The translations under genes were made by a program, and so were the position numbers. From NCBI GenBank assembly GCA_000934665.2, contig KZ538117.1, positions 1 through 64,000 on the forward strand: DNA of 64,000 nucleotides, in the 5' to 3' direction. Under the pieces are notes generated by a model, which searched no databases, was not told where the DNA came from, and saw nothing but the letters and a program-made list of their open reading frames with translations. The stretch is from Catajapyx aquilonaris. Taxonomy: Eukaryota. This document shows, piece after piece, positions 42,626 to 55,960 of the stretch; position 1 is the stretch's first letter, and the number at the start of each line of letters is the position of its first letter.

Positions 42626-42902
42626 CAGTGTTGGACATTAATTGCGTCGTACTGCTAGCGACATTTTCCGATGCGGCAACGTGCAAATCGAAGTGATAGA
42701 GTGCCAGCCGTGCGAGAAAGAAATGGTAGGTCTTGGGTGACGTCACGGTCTGGGGACAAGCCTTTTTCTCCATTGCTCCCCAACCGGTGATGTCACCCAA
42801 GGCCTACCTCTTCTGATTCGCACGGCTCTATCACTTCGATTTGCACATCTGCCGCATCCAAAAATGTCGCAAGCAGTATGACGCGATTAATGTCCAACAC
42901 TG
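42626..42902. mobile_element. MITE family B, full copy
   Basis: Ends read TA|CAGTGTTGGACATTAAT…ATTAATGTCCAACACTG|TA. Confidence 0.92.
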
Positions 42903-45900
42903 TACCTGTAGGACGAGCAGAACTTTAGAAAATGTTGTGATGTGTCTATAGCGGGCGAAATCTTGACATGTCGGTAAACGTTCACGAAAATAAAATGGGA
43001 CGCAGAGTGGACTTACGCCTCTCTGGATTATCGCTGACAACAAAGGTAATCCGGTACTTCAGACCATGTAATCAGGTCAAGCAAGGAAAACAGTCACTCC
43101 ATGGCCCCCCTGGACCTACAAATAAAATACAGGCGAAGATTTTCCTGGTTGACACTCGTTTGAAGATAAGCTCACAATGGGGACTCGCCTAGGCGGAATA
43201 AACAGAAACTTCTTGTCGACTCATTTGCTGGCTGGCTCTTTGCGGAAGGCAGCCATATCGTTTTAATACCAGCCTTCCCCTCCTTCCCTCTTCCCCAAAC
43301 CTCCCCCTTTGCTTCCCTCCCCCTGTTGGGTCGTCCTCTACCGCTCTCCTTTCCAACTTCTTAACTCGAGTGTGAAACCAATGGCGCCCGGTGGACCCAT
43401 TCGCCTGTTGTGCCCTAAACTTACGGGTTGCAAGTATTGCCAGGGCGTCTCATTACCTGCTTAATGAGATCCAATTAGAATTAGTCCGGAAACTGAGTTC
43501 TCTCCGTCGCCCCNNNCCCCCCCCCCATCCCTTTACTTTCTTGCACACCCATCGCCCCTAGTCCTCCCACTTTCTCCACACACCATCACGTCTTCTTCAG
43601 AGACGATTGCTCAACGTAGATAACAGTCTGACAACTCATTTGGAGGAAAATTTTGCTCGTATTGCTATCTTATCCGAAGTGGAGGGGTTTGAAGCGGGTA
43701 TTTTTGGTTCGTAGATAAGAGTGGGTGTTCATAGAAGTTCACATCTATATTATGTGGGGGATATGCATTTATTTGGGGGTGATATTGACTTTTTGATTGG
43801 GTGTAGTGTAAATATCGGAGAGAGACTATTTACCATGTCAGAGTTGTGTTTTTGACATGGGACAAAATTGTTTTAATTCGAACTGGGATATACAAATGTG
43901 TTGTTTTAACAATCAGATAAAATAAATCACAACGGACAGGGCTGTACCTGCAGGCGCATAATGTAACGTTTTATTCGATATGGGACTGTTTGCTGGTGAT
44001 AGTGTTAAAAAAGTGGTGCGGAAAATTGGTCGCCTTGATTTGGAACCAACATGGCGGTGCGAATTTAGTATTTTAAAAAAATTTATTCACTCTTGAGCAG
44101 TACTTTTCGTTGCCTCTTCCTACCCTTTGCTAGCGTGGGTAGAGCCTGTATTACAGAATGTTTTCTGCCTCGCTATGGCAATGCCTCTGTGGATGATTCG
44201 TTATCACGGATGGGTGGCAATTCACCCAAGCGCTTTGGTGGCACGTTTGACAAAAAAAAAAACACTTTGAAATGCTCTACTTTTGGAGACTTATTTTCAC
44301 CTGCATACTTTTTTTTAAAAAAATTGACTGTCATTATAGCGTGCAGTTTACAGATGGCTACCCTGATGCCACGAGTGTCAAAAGTGCGAAACTTCGACCT
44401 ATGTCTAATGAGACCACCTTGAAATCCATGTTAATCATCACTTTTGCAAGCAATAATCGTTTTTGGCAGTATAGAAACTCCTCTCATTGTATCTGTTTCT
44501 CGCAGCTTTAGACAAGAGTTGTGCAATGCAGGGCTAACTTGGGCGGTCCCAAGTGCAAACCTGGAATGAATCTCGTGGTGGTCGGAGGCTGGAAGAGAGA
44601 AGAGGGGGATATTGAGGGGGGGGNGGGGGGGATCTGTTTCCCAGCTCCTCCTTTTGGGCTTCCTGATAAAGTGCTTGGAGGATCCCGCTTATGGAGCCTG
44701 AGGTGAGAACAGGGAAGGGAATAATGGGGCTGCCCGAACTCCAATGAGATTCCTGTGCGACCATCATAAAAGCGGCTAATGGCGGCCGTGACACGAAGCA
44801 CAACTTGCTGCGCACCCTCCCTGCCGTCTAATGAAACCTCTCATTACCTGTTCTTTGACCGGGCCTCAGAGTGAAGGATGGCCAGGGTGAGACACAAAGG
44901 ACTTAGTGTGTGTTCATACATGAATTTTTCAAAAAAAAAGGCCTTTCAAATGAGCGTTTGAGAAATATTGTTGTGTTCAACTTTGGCACATTATCGACTC
45001 GGCGTCAATAGCGGCTCCATTAAAACTCACCATTAACCTTTTTTGCTATCGACATTGTTGAGGAACCACTATTGGTAATTGGCGTTTCGATCCTTCGACT
45101 GTTGACACCGCGAACGCATTGAATGCGCAGGCGTCGGTATTGGGCGTCGCATCACACAAATCAGCCAGGCTTATGGCTCTTGTTTGGTAAACTGCGTCGA
45201 AAAAGAGTAAAAACTCCTTAACTTAGAGTCAGTCGGCTTGCCAAGTGACTAGCTTCTTATACCTGTAGGGTACCTAACATACAGTACATCCAACACTTGA
45301 GTTTTCCTTATTCTGCCACTGGAGCAATGCCGATTGTCAAACGTGGTTGGTGCTTGGACAGCGTGGGTTGTCAACAAAATTTTTTCGGGACTAGTGATAA
45401 AATCCTCACTAATGAATGTGGCGCGGTTGGTATGTGGGCAAATTCTTTCATACGCGTACACTAAATGCCTCCGCCATGTAATAAGGCAATTGGAATGGTA
45501 GAGTAAATCAAAATAATGAGTATTGAGTACGGACTGAAATTTTTAATTGCATTGATCGTGATAACATGCACTCCTAATCATGTGTCAACTGCCACGCATT
45601 TATTTTAATGTAAGAGAAGAGTGATTTAAGTACAGGTTTGTTTACTCTGCGGCTCCAGAAGCAGGAAAGTTTTGTGCCGCATAAGTCATAAAAGTTTATT
45701 GCGCAAAAAAAAATCACGTTGACCCATGACAGTTAAGTCTGCGAAAATATGTTTGTAGAGAATGAAAAGGCCAATCTAGTAACTTGGCAAGAAGCACTTC
45801 ACTCTCCAATGGACAGAAAGTGGGCCAAAAACTTCTGAACAGAAGTGGTAAAGTCCTTCATCCTTCACAACACCAATTTCTTAAAGTGAAAACTGCCGAG

Positions 45901-46326
45901 CACTATGAGCAAGTTTGGACTTTTAACATGCAGCATAGCATATTAAACCTATAACCCCCTTCTACTTCCCTAACCACAGAGTTTTTCTATACCACAAAAT
46001 ACTAGAATGCTTTTACCATCAACCTGCATCACACAAATCTCAGTATACCGTCATATGATAAAAATGTAATGAGTTTGGCAAGCATTCAACGCACGGCCAT
46101 TTTATATTCATTTGCATTTTTATAGGAATCCAAAAAAATGCGGAATATGTCCTAAAAACTTAGCATGCTGATTTTATAGTCGCAAGTCGGGGCTGTGCAG
46201 TACGTGCACCCGAATATAACCATAAGCTGAAGGCTCATAAGTTGCAGACTGCTTTTGCGATGTTTATTGCTGCTTGCAAACTTGACTCCAGGATCCGGTA
46301 TAATTTCTCAATATCAGTTATACTAT

Positions 46327-46411
46327 AACGTATTCCATCTAAGCGTCTATAGCAGGGGTCTATAATTGAACTATAGACCCATGCTATATAGACGGTTAGA
46401 TGGAATACGTT
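46327..46411. repeat. 85-bp hairpin/palindrome
   Basis: AACGTATTCCATCTAA pairs with TTAGATGGAATACGTT, followed by CGTCTATAGCA / TGCTA(TA)TAGACG and GGGTCTATA / TATAGACCC, around a 7-nt loop. Confidence 0.8.
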
Positions 46412-49400
46412 TGAAACATCGGATAATACAGTAGTTTCACTATTATTCTTGCCAGTGAGATACATCAAGTCAGTTACTCAGCTAGGTTTCAATAAGTTTA
46501 CTACACTGCAACTAGGCTACGTCAATTGAGTAACCTGGTTGTCTTATGTGCCAAGTACACTGGAGCCTTTGAAGGAACCGCGAGCTGCATGCTTTACGAT
46601 GAAGCTATGAGAATAACTGGTGGCTTCTGGCATGCAGTATGACGTAATTATAGATTCGGTATGAGATCTCTCATTTTGATGGTAGTGACAGTGTCATCAG
46701 TCCTGGCAGTCTACATCCACACGAGTGGCTAATGGTTTGCCCTCCACTTCGACCGTACTTTGCCGGCAATAAGATTAAATTCTCCGGCAAAAACATCTTC
46801 AGATGGAGGAAAGTGAGTTACTTTCTGACTCGCACTCTTAATGAATCCGATTCAGTTATTGTATCCTAGAGGTTCATTTTTTTTACATTAGCGTGGGGTA
46901 GCGGGCGAAGGCGTTCCACTCACTTTTTTTCCCAGCTCACATGTGACAAAGACTGGTTAGTTGGAACCTTTAATATCATGCTATGGTTGGAACTATTGAA
47001 ATAGGTCATTTCTACAGTGAATGCTGCTGAGAGTAGGCACTTCCTCATCCTAATGTGTATGAAAATATTATGGTTGTTAAAAATTACCTCAATCTATTTT
47101 GTACAGTGTGTTTACTCGGATGGAACAACTGTACTAGAAAAGTAGAAATATATTAATTGCGAATTACTAGGATGTCATGCAAATGCAAATCTGGGACATC
47201 AGCAAACTTTGTCGGTTTTTAATTGCTACCGACATGTAAGTGCAAACGTCAGTATTTCATGTCGACATCTTGCCACTGTGTTCGATGTTTCTAGTGCAGG
47301 TTGGATGAACAACTACCTTCCAAATTAGTTATACCCACAGTAGAATGGTTCACCTTTGACTGCATAATAAAAGGTACAGTAACGAGCGGCATTCAGCAAA
47401 GGGGAAGCTTGGTAAACAAAATCCAACCCAGTACAACAGGGAATTTTAATTAATAGAGCGTGTAAGTTATAGAGGCTGACTGCTACGTAGAATAAAGGTA
47501 CGGTAGGCGTAGAGATATGTGTAAATGAGATGCGTACTGAAAATGCAACTCCAGTTTGTAAATGTCATGACTAAATACAAAGGGGTTATTCAGAACAAAG
47601 GCTAAAGACCTGTTCACATTCAAGCCTGCCGGCAAGCCCAAAAATAAATGAGCTCTTTTTATGTAACTACGAGAAAACGGTTCTCATGCGTTGTTCTACT
47701 CTGCTGTATACGTGAGTCGGTGTAAATGGGTCAATATTCGTTAAAGGTACAATATGCTGTCACAGTGCAGAAAATGGTAAAAATACTTGTAAACCTAATT
47801 ATGTTTTAGGTGCATTGCCACATATTATATCTAGGGTACCTGCGTGATTTTTGGTCCCCAATAGTTGTAGTATTTCGGGTAATAGAAACCTTATTTTCTT
47901 TTGTTTATTGTAGTAAATATCCCTAGAGACACAAGAAGCAAAAATCGGTCATTTTCAAATGAGAAACGAGCCAAGGTGGTCGTAAAAGCAAGAACACACT
48001 CGCGATATGTAGTTCATGCTGTAAACACACGAGGAATGCAATTAGCACCTGATTGCGTCTTAGTACTTATCCATACGTGCAAATCCATCCATCACTGGCA
48101 CGGATGAATGAAGCTACACAGCTCCAACGTCGCGCTTGCTGTGAACAACGCTCGACTACTGGCAGGCTACCGTATTTTTTCATCCCCCATTCATTACTTA
48201 ATAGACTGCCTGGTGAAGAAGCGTGATGTGGCGATGAAAGGTTAATCATTCCGACTTGTCAGATGTCAGACCACGTTCATTTGTCTCCGTTTGGAGAGGA
48301 GCAAGAGGGCAACGTTGCCGACGCTCGTACGTTAACTCGTATTCGGCCATACCGCTCACCCGTTAACTCCCGCGGAACTTCGGCAAGGCGTCAACTACTA
48401 CGGAACCTGATCAATTTGTGATAATTGCGACCAGATAGTTCTTCCCAGAAGGAGACCACGTGAGAACTCTTCTAATCTTTGCCATGTGATAGTAGCCGGG
48501 GGAAGGACAGGTATTATAAGTATAGTGAAGGATTAATGAGAGTAGAAATGGCAAGGGACAATTTTCCCTTGCGGCGAGAGCAGTTTGAGAAGAAGTGATG
48601 AGGAAGACGTAAAGAGCAGGAGGTCCCGGAAAAGGAGATCCGGCTTAATCCCATCCGGCTTGAAAGTCTCATTCTCTCCCGGTTACTTCTAATTCGTTTG
48701 CTTTCAGCTGGAGATTTTGAGGGCTCCAGTTTGCTCCATTACGTCCGTCGCCCGGATTCTTCTTCTTCGTCTGCGGCCAATTCGCAATTCCCATCCAACT
48801 TTTATCAGCAACGCCTGGAGAAAGGAATGGAGCAGATAACGTCCCGGAAGGGGGGAGGGGGTATGAGGAGAGGGGGAGAGGGGGGGTAGAATGCTCATTA
48901 CGAAAGAAATCTCGTTAATTTTTTTTCTCTGCTCGTGATTTGGGTGCCAAGGCAGATTTTCACAGACAGGGACAGGGTATCACAAAAGTCTAGCGACATT
49001 CGCATTGATACGGTTCACAAAGGAGCTTTTTTCTTACAATGCCTGATTGACTGGGAGTTGGCCTAGAGCCAATCAGGTCGTGAATTTATACTATATCTAC
49101 CTAGGCAAAGGTCCATCACTGCATTGTTATGAATTCTGCTTGACTTTTTGAATCATCCTATATAGGGTAGGCTACAGTAGAGTGAGCTTCATGCTCTCCT
49201 TCCCGTTGTGGATATTTTTCTTCTGGAATTGGAGCTGTGTCAGGGTACTGTACCCAAGGGCCAAAAGTCTAAGGAGATAAAAATGCAAGCGAAGAAGATT
49301 TCTGAAGCGCATCCAATTTTACATTTAATTATCGCCTTTATTGAGAAAAAGCGTCTTAAAAACCAAATTTATTACCTCGTTGCACATCCATGGGAACCAC

Positions 49401-49831
49401 TGAACTCACAAGTCAGTGCGTACAGTACTGTTGCATAAGAGCCAAATAATGAGTCATTGTGTAGAACACCCTGCGATCTTTCTCTCGTTCTATCCGTACA
49501 TTTTCGCCATGCTGGACGTCACTTTTAATAAGGTAGATCAATTAAATAGTAACGTGTATCGGTTTCCCAATGCCCCACAGACTTTTCACTTCCCATACCA
49601 CTCAACATGGCCAAAGAGAGGATTAGTATTAATCTGCGGCTTAGTCTCACATCGAACCGGTGCAATGGGCTGAAATACCTGACCCTGCTGAAATCATATA
49701 CAGTATGACAAAGAAGCCTTGCGGATATCACAAGGGTACAATATCTGGAGGATTTTGGCACGAAAGGGGGGGGGGGGGTCATAACAATTTGAACATTTTG
49801 AGAGCAGCTGCAGAGCGTGACGAGCTTTTGG

Positions 49832-49854
49832 NNNNNNNNNNNNNNNNNNNNNNN
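49832..49854. other. Assembly gap (23 N) inside a G homopolymer
   Basis: Directly visible. Further Ns sit in or next to homopolymers at 16978, 24791, 37309, 43514-43516 and 44624. Confidence 0.97.
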
Positions 49855-52449
49855 GGGGGGGGGGGGGGGGGCGAAGCAAATTTTGCAAGCCTCCCCTCCG
49901 GCCTCCCAATTAGATTAGAGCTTCTGCCGCTTGCAACATATTTTATAATGTAGAGAACGATATCAATGCGAAGGTGGGGACCGCTTTTGCCTAACGACAT
50001 CTTGATAATTTTACCTGGTTGCTAGGAGCAGAGATGAATATGCCGGAGGTGGGGTGATATTCAAAAGTTGCTTGGTTGTGTGCTTTAAAACCTACGTAAT
50101 TCGGGAAATTTTTAGTAGGAGGAGAAAGTGGAGTGCACTTTTTGGGCTAAGTTGTTGAAAATTGCTGGTTGGAATAATGAGTGTGGTGAGCTGAGTAAGA
50201 AGTGAGGTCAGAGATACAGAACCCGGACGGCATTGTGAGCTCAAATTGTGCCAACTCTAAATATAGTAGAGGATTACTGTATGTATAGAGCTACAAGGCT
50301 GTGCATACAGTATATCTTAAGTCGTTAAAGTGTATATTAGAACATTGGAGCCTCTTATAGAGTGCGGTTAGTGTCTTCACTTTATTTTAAGAGCATGTGA
50401 CACGTGTTTGCACTGCTAGGCCCGGGTCTTTGTAAATCTCCCAGAAGGCTTTGGGGGTCTGCCCTCACCTAGTCTACGTCAGTCAGTCAAAAGAAATTAC
50501 ACAAAAAATACACATTACAATGTATTGTAAACAAATTGTTATGATGTTGTAAATAGGATCATTTGATTGGTTTTCCCGCGGGTTGTAATACCGTGCATTA
50601 CCAAGAAAAATGAAACAAAATTTTGCGCATAACTACTTGCAAATCTACAGGATGTCCAAAATTAATAATACAGGCGATATTATTAGGTTGTTGAAAATAA
50701 ACATTTTAAAGCTTGTCGCCGACTACATTTGCATTAAAAGTGTCGCACGTTATAGCAGAAAAACTAATTGAAAAACATAATTTTGAGCCAACACGAGTTG
50801 AAATTCCGTCCACCTATTTGGATTATGATTTTAAACTTTTTTTCCCCGCCGTTGTTTTTGTTTTCTCACTACACTCATTGGGTGGTCTCGCTCGATTTGG
50901 ATTTGTCAGTTAAGAAACTTTGGCCATATCCGCTTTGAACAAAAACCCTACATCCACACCTTGATTTTCCCCCCAGCACCCATCCACTCAATTCCATAAT
51001 TCCAACAGCCATTGCCTGCTACAAAAAAAGGTGTCGCTGCGGTCTACCCCAAAGAGTCGACATCGAGGCCTGGGAAATGAAAGGAGCAGAGAAAACCTTC
51101 TCCTCCTCAGAGAATGAGAGTCGGAGGAGATTGTTTCAAGATGCAGGTGGGCAATGCAATTTGGCGCATTAGTGTCCGGGGTCTCGGGAGAAAGTAATCC
51201 CGAAGAAGCTCTTGTCCTCTGAGGCACCCGCCCACATTTTACAACCCACTCCAACAGGCGCCGGCGCTCTCCCAATTCCCCAAGATTCATCACGCTTGTA
51301 AAGAACACTGAGGAAAAGACTGGAAGGTTGGTGGGGAGGTGGAAAATAAAGCAGACATTTGCCCTGACACCAGGCCCAACAGGTCCACCAAGGAATGGCG
51401 GAACATTTGCTCGGATTTTTATTGCCAATGCCTTCTTGCATCCATGTTTTAAACGCTCATATAATAACATTTTATGTGGTAGGAATCGGGCCCAGGCGTA
51501 ATTTGGGAGTGTGGGATAGGACCGAGGGTTTTTGGAGGCTGGGAGTTATAATTAAAACTTTGAGGGGCCGTTTTCCAGCGACGTAATTTACACTACACTT
51601 GACCTGGAGTTCAGTTTGACGGAGGGGCAATTACATAGCTGCGGCGCGGAAGATCAAGTGAAAGGGTTAGTTCGGTGAGCACGGTGTAACAGTCCTTACC
51701 AGGCTGACGGATTTTACCCAGCGTAAATTTGTGGGGGATTTCCAGTCACTGCACTGGAAGTCACTGGCTGGCAGGTGTTTATGAAAAGTATTCTTCAGCT
51801 CATAATGTATTGTGTATTTAAGATTCTATCCATATCAGGATTTGTGAGAGAAATGTTCACTTCTAATAGAAATTGGTAGCGAACGATCACATCTCGAAAT
51901 CAGTGTGACTCTGATTGTTCTGCATTTCAGGACAAAAAAACTTACTAATAATATTTTGAGCCATCAAAAATCAAGAGCTAAAAGTGAGTGTTCATAAAAA
52001 TGCTGCTTATATTGGCCTGCGCAAATATATTATGCAGCTACCCCCTCATGTTGTGATGTGTGCTGGTAAAATTTTTGACACACTAGATATGAAGGCATTA
52101 GCGGAGACAAAATTGGGGTAATTTATCATGCTTGTCACAGTATGGTCTATTGTTGAGCTGTTTTAGCAGCTTGACCACATGGCACTCTATCCCACTAGTA
52201 GTTCGGTTATGGAATGGAATATTAGACGACATTTTTAAGCTGGAGCTTCAATATAAGGACTATTCGGTAGGTCTACAGTTCATGAATACAAAATGATTGG
52301 GTCAACAGGATATGAATTAGAAATTCTGTATTTGGCTATTTGTCACTATAGGAAAGTCCACTGCTTTTTGGTCAGGAGTGGCGTTCATTTTTCTGGATAT
52401 TGTCTTCACAGCTGAAGACCTTAACGCTATTTGCACAGTATCCTCTTAA

Positions 52450-52575
52450 GGGCTGGTTTCACCGAGCTCGGTATATGATGAAACCAGGTTTCTTTAGGAA
52501 AATCCATACAAATATGTAGGGATTTTCCGAAAGAACCCTGGTTTTATCATATACCGAGCTCGGTGAAACCGGCCC
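52450..52575. mobile_element. Tourist-like (PIF/Harbinger) MITE, 126 bp, TAA TSD
   Basis: Ends read TAA|GGGCTGGTTTCACCGAGCTCGGTATATGAT…ATCATATACCGAGCTCGGTGAAACCGGCCC|TAA. It is palindromic nearly to the centre. Confidence 0.92.
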
Positions 52576-54188
52576 TAAGTGGCAAATCTACCTTCGTAAT
52601 CCAGCAGGTTTTCTCTGCAGTGTTTGAATAAGACTTCGGAATACTTTACTAGGACAAACTCTCAATTGTATGATTATCCCAGATTAAATTCTTTGTACCA
52701 TAGCTACTGTTACTAAACAGGCTACCATAGTCACATGTGTGAGTCAGATCAGCTCCAACAACACACTTGCCATGTAAAGCACATAAGAGTGATTGAAATG
52801 CGCGCAGTGTCCTTGACATCCTCAGGAGACTTGTTCATCGTTGGCGGCACTGAAACGATGAGCGGGCAAACATTGCACTGTGCAAGAGTAAACGAGCGAT
52901 AAATGGCAGCTTCTGTAATAATGGCGACTCGACCCCTCACAGTCTCAATTTCTGGAAGAAACGCGACGTTCCTCGACTATCAGACAAATTGAAGCTTAGA
53001 GCAGAAGAGTCTCGCCATGTAGTTATCACAATATCCTGACCGTCAGCCTGGCATAAGAAACAAGCTTCGGAACCATTTCCACACTCCAGGCGGGAGTAAT
53101 CCTGGTTGGAAGCAAGCTCTTTTGTAGATTTACGTCATCGCGGAGAAAATCCTGACAGCGAAGTTGCCAATTACCTAGAGACGGGAGGGTTTTGCAAAAT
53201 CCCGACGTAGGAGTGCGCTGCTTTATGAAGCCGGTAGTGAGTCATGGGGTTTTGTATAGTGACTAGACACATGAAGGACCTGGAGAAAACATGGGGATTG
53301 GATGCAAATTTTTTAGCATCTTTTTTTTACGATCAATCCTGTAACGATGTGATTACTCCTGGGTGTCGTGCTAATACTGTCATGAAAACCAGAGTTTTCC
53401 GACTTTATGACCCTTCCCTGGAGAGACTGAATAATTAACATTCTTGTAGAAACTCATATAAGGTGAGTTTGCGCTGTGTATGACTGGTGTAACATTTTCA
53501 CAAGTTTGGTTTAAATAAGTCAGATGGAGGTTGAAAATCGATAATATTGCGTTTACTGAACCTCGCACAAAGTTAGTTGCGGCGAACGGTACGCTAAGGA
53601 AACTTGTAAAGTAAATTCGGGGGGGTACTTTTGAAACTCTAAATTCACGTAATTAGAACATGGCCATTTTATAGTACTTTCCTCTATATGCTCGGTGGAC
53701 CCCCCCCCCCCTGGTTTTTTTTTGTTGGTACGCCGTACACGCCGTACCACCTCCGAAGCTTCCTCACCTATCTAAAAATACATGGCTGTGCATATATAAA
53801 GTGGCACAGTCAACGAAAAAATGTTATTCAAATTACATGTGCTTTTTGTTGCGATTCCCCCCTCGCCTTTTCTATTGTCACTCCGAAGGCAAACACGGTC
53901 AAATAGCAAAATTTGAATTGCGGTTCGGAGGGGTATTGTGTGTGAAAGGGCAGTTTGGCCGAGCGAGCAAACAGTGAGCTCCGCAAGCGAATGAAGACCT
54001 GTTCATTGCTCACTACCACAACATGTTTGCCACCGGACTAGTTGCAGTTCCAGTTAAAGCCAGTCTTTTTTAATCACGGTGGAAGAGAGAGAGAGAGGAA
54101 AAAAGAATTATCATGTAGATTTGGAAGGGACTTGAACAACTGAAAGCATCACTTCAGTATTGGACCATTCAGTCATATGTTACTACTA

Positions 54189-54473
54189 CCCTGAAAAATA
54201 ATTGAGTCTAACAACCCAAAATAATGTAACATTCAACCAAATTGGATGGTTAATTGGTCCTGACAAACATTTGGTTGAAGTGGCCAAATACAGGTTGTTC
54301 AATACAAATATTAGGTTGATGAAACCAACAGTCATGTTGGTTGGGCTGACTAAATGGTTGAAACAATCGCATAGCTGTCCAACAAATAGTTCAACCAATT
54401 AGATTTTTAACGGTAACTAAAATTTGGGATGAAATGACAAATAGTTTTGGTAACTTCAACCATTTTTTCAGTG
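54189..54473. mobile_element. Degenerate CACTA/EnSpm-like miniature element
   Basis: Ends read TA|C(C)CTGAAAAA…TTTTTTCAGTG|TA. The interior is built from recurrent TTGGTTGA/TCAACCAA sub-repeats in both orientations. Confidence 0.6.
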
Positions 54474-55164
54474 TACAGTATCGAGTCTATGGGCATTCAT
54501 GGAAATTTGGTGTGTAAATTTTAACATATATATGAATCTGAGAAGAGAGCCACATTTCATATTTTTGTTTAAAGAAAGCTTGAGGGAGAAAATGTAATGA
54601 TGAAATACCCCTTTGCAATGCGTGAAATTTGCAAGGTTTATGACTCATGCAGCTTCCCTATGGAGAACTAAAGTTGCGTACGATGTGAGCCAAAATGAAG
54701 GCTAGAAATGAGCCTTAAAAAGTTTAAAACAGGATCATTTAAGTTTCACGTGGCGGTCTGACATTTCGTCCTTTTTGCAACCGTAATTTTTTATTGGCTG
54801 AAATTTCAGCTTTTAATTGGCTACCGGTCCAATTTTGCGTTTAGGAGCAGTTTACTTGATGGCACCGAGTCAGCAAAAATGTCGGGTCAAAGCTACGAAT
54901 TTCACGTCAGGGAAGGGAATTGGAATCGTGCTGTGGCATAGTGCGGAAATGACCATGTAAGAGCTCATTTGCTGCAACGTTACTTCGACCATACCTCTCA
55001 TAAGTTATACATGTCAAAAACCAAGTCATACTCGACGCAAAATGTGTGAATTTTGGGCTTTTTTGATCTGAATGACGCTTGTCATATAGGCTCTACATCA
55101 TGGACTACTGAGTAAATGCAGTCACTTTGTATCACAATGAAGGCACTGCTTATTACCCTACGTA

Positions 55165-55433
55165 CAGTGTTGGACATTAATCGCGTCATACTGCTTGCGA
55201 CATTTTCTGAAGCGGCAGAAGTGGAAATCGAAGTGATAGAGTGTGAGCCGTGCAAGTAAGAAGAGGTAGGCCGTTAGTGACCGGCTGGGGGGCAAGGGAA
55301 GTCCCCAGCCAGTGACGTCACCCAAGGGCTACCATTTCTTACTCGCACGGCTCGCACTCTATCACTTCAATTTGCACGTCTGCCGCATCGGAAAATGTCC
55401 TAGCAGTATGACGGAATTAATGTCCAGCACTTG
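55165..55433. mobile_element. MITE family B, full copy
   Basis: Ends read TA|CAGTGTTGGACATTAATCGCGTCATACTGC…GCAGTATGACGGAATTAATGTCCAGCACTTG|TA. Confidence 0.9.
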
Positions 55434-55479
55434 TACTTGAAGAAACCATTCTCATATTGCTATATATATGCGACAATCG

Positions 55480-55960
55480 GGGAGGTGTAGATGGCCGAGA
55501 TGGTAACGTCTCGGCTTGCTGAGTGAAAGGCCCCAGGTTCGATCCCCGCCTGGGGAACTTTCCTTTCACCTGCGTCAGGAGGGTCTCTGACCTGCACCAA
55601 GGAGGTGTCTGGCAACCTAACCTCCTGGGGAACAGCACATGACCCATTAGCTACGACATTGCACCTTGCACCCATGGTCCCTCCCCAAAAATCCCTATCC
55701 TTTCCCATTGTCCTTGTTTCCTTGCACCGGTGATTGAAGTGGAAAAAATATATAGAAAACTGATGGTGGTATGCCACCCCCCGAAGCAGGACGTAATGTA
55801 CTGAGCAAGGGGTAGTGAAAATAAAAAAAACAAAATAAAAAAATTGTCCCTGTTTCCTTGCACCGGTGAATGAAGCAGAAAATATATACAGAAAACTGAT
55901 GGTGGTATGCCACCCCCCTATAGCACCCATAAGGGTCATCACGGGGTAAACTTTAAAAAA
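55480..55960 (+). mobile_element. tRNA-derived SINE family 2, copy 2, with a doubled 3' tail
   Basis: A-box TGGCCGAGATGG and B-box GGTTCGATCCC. A 12-bp TSD ATGCGACAATCG lies at 55468-55479 and 55961-55972. The tail unit occurs at about 55709-55844 and again at about 55845-55960. Confidence 0.93.
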
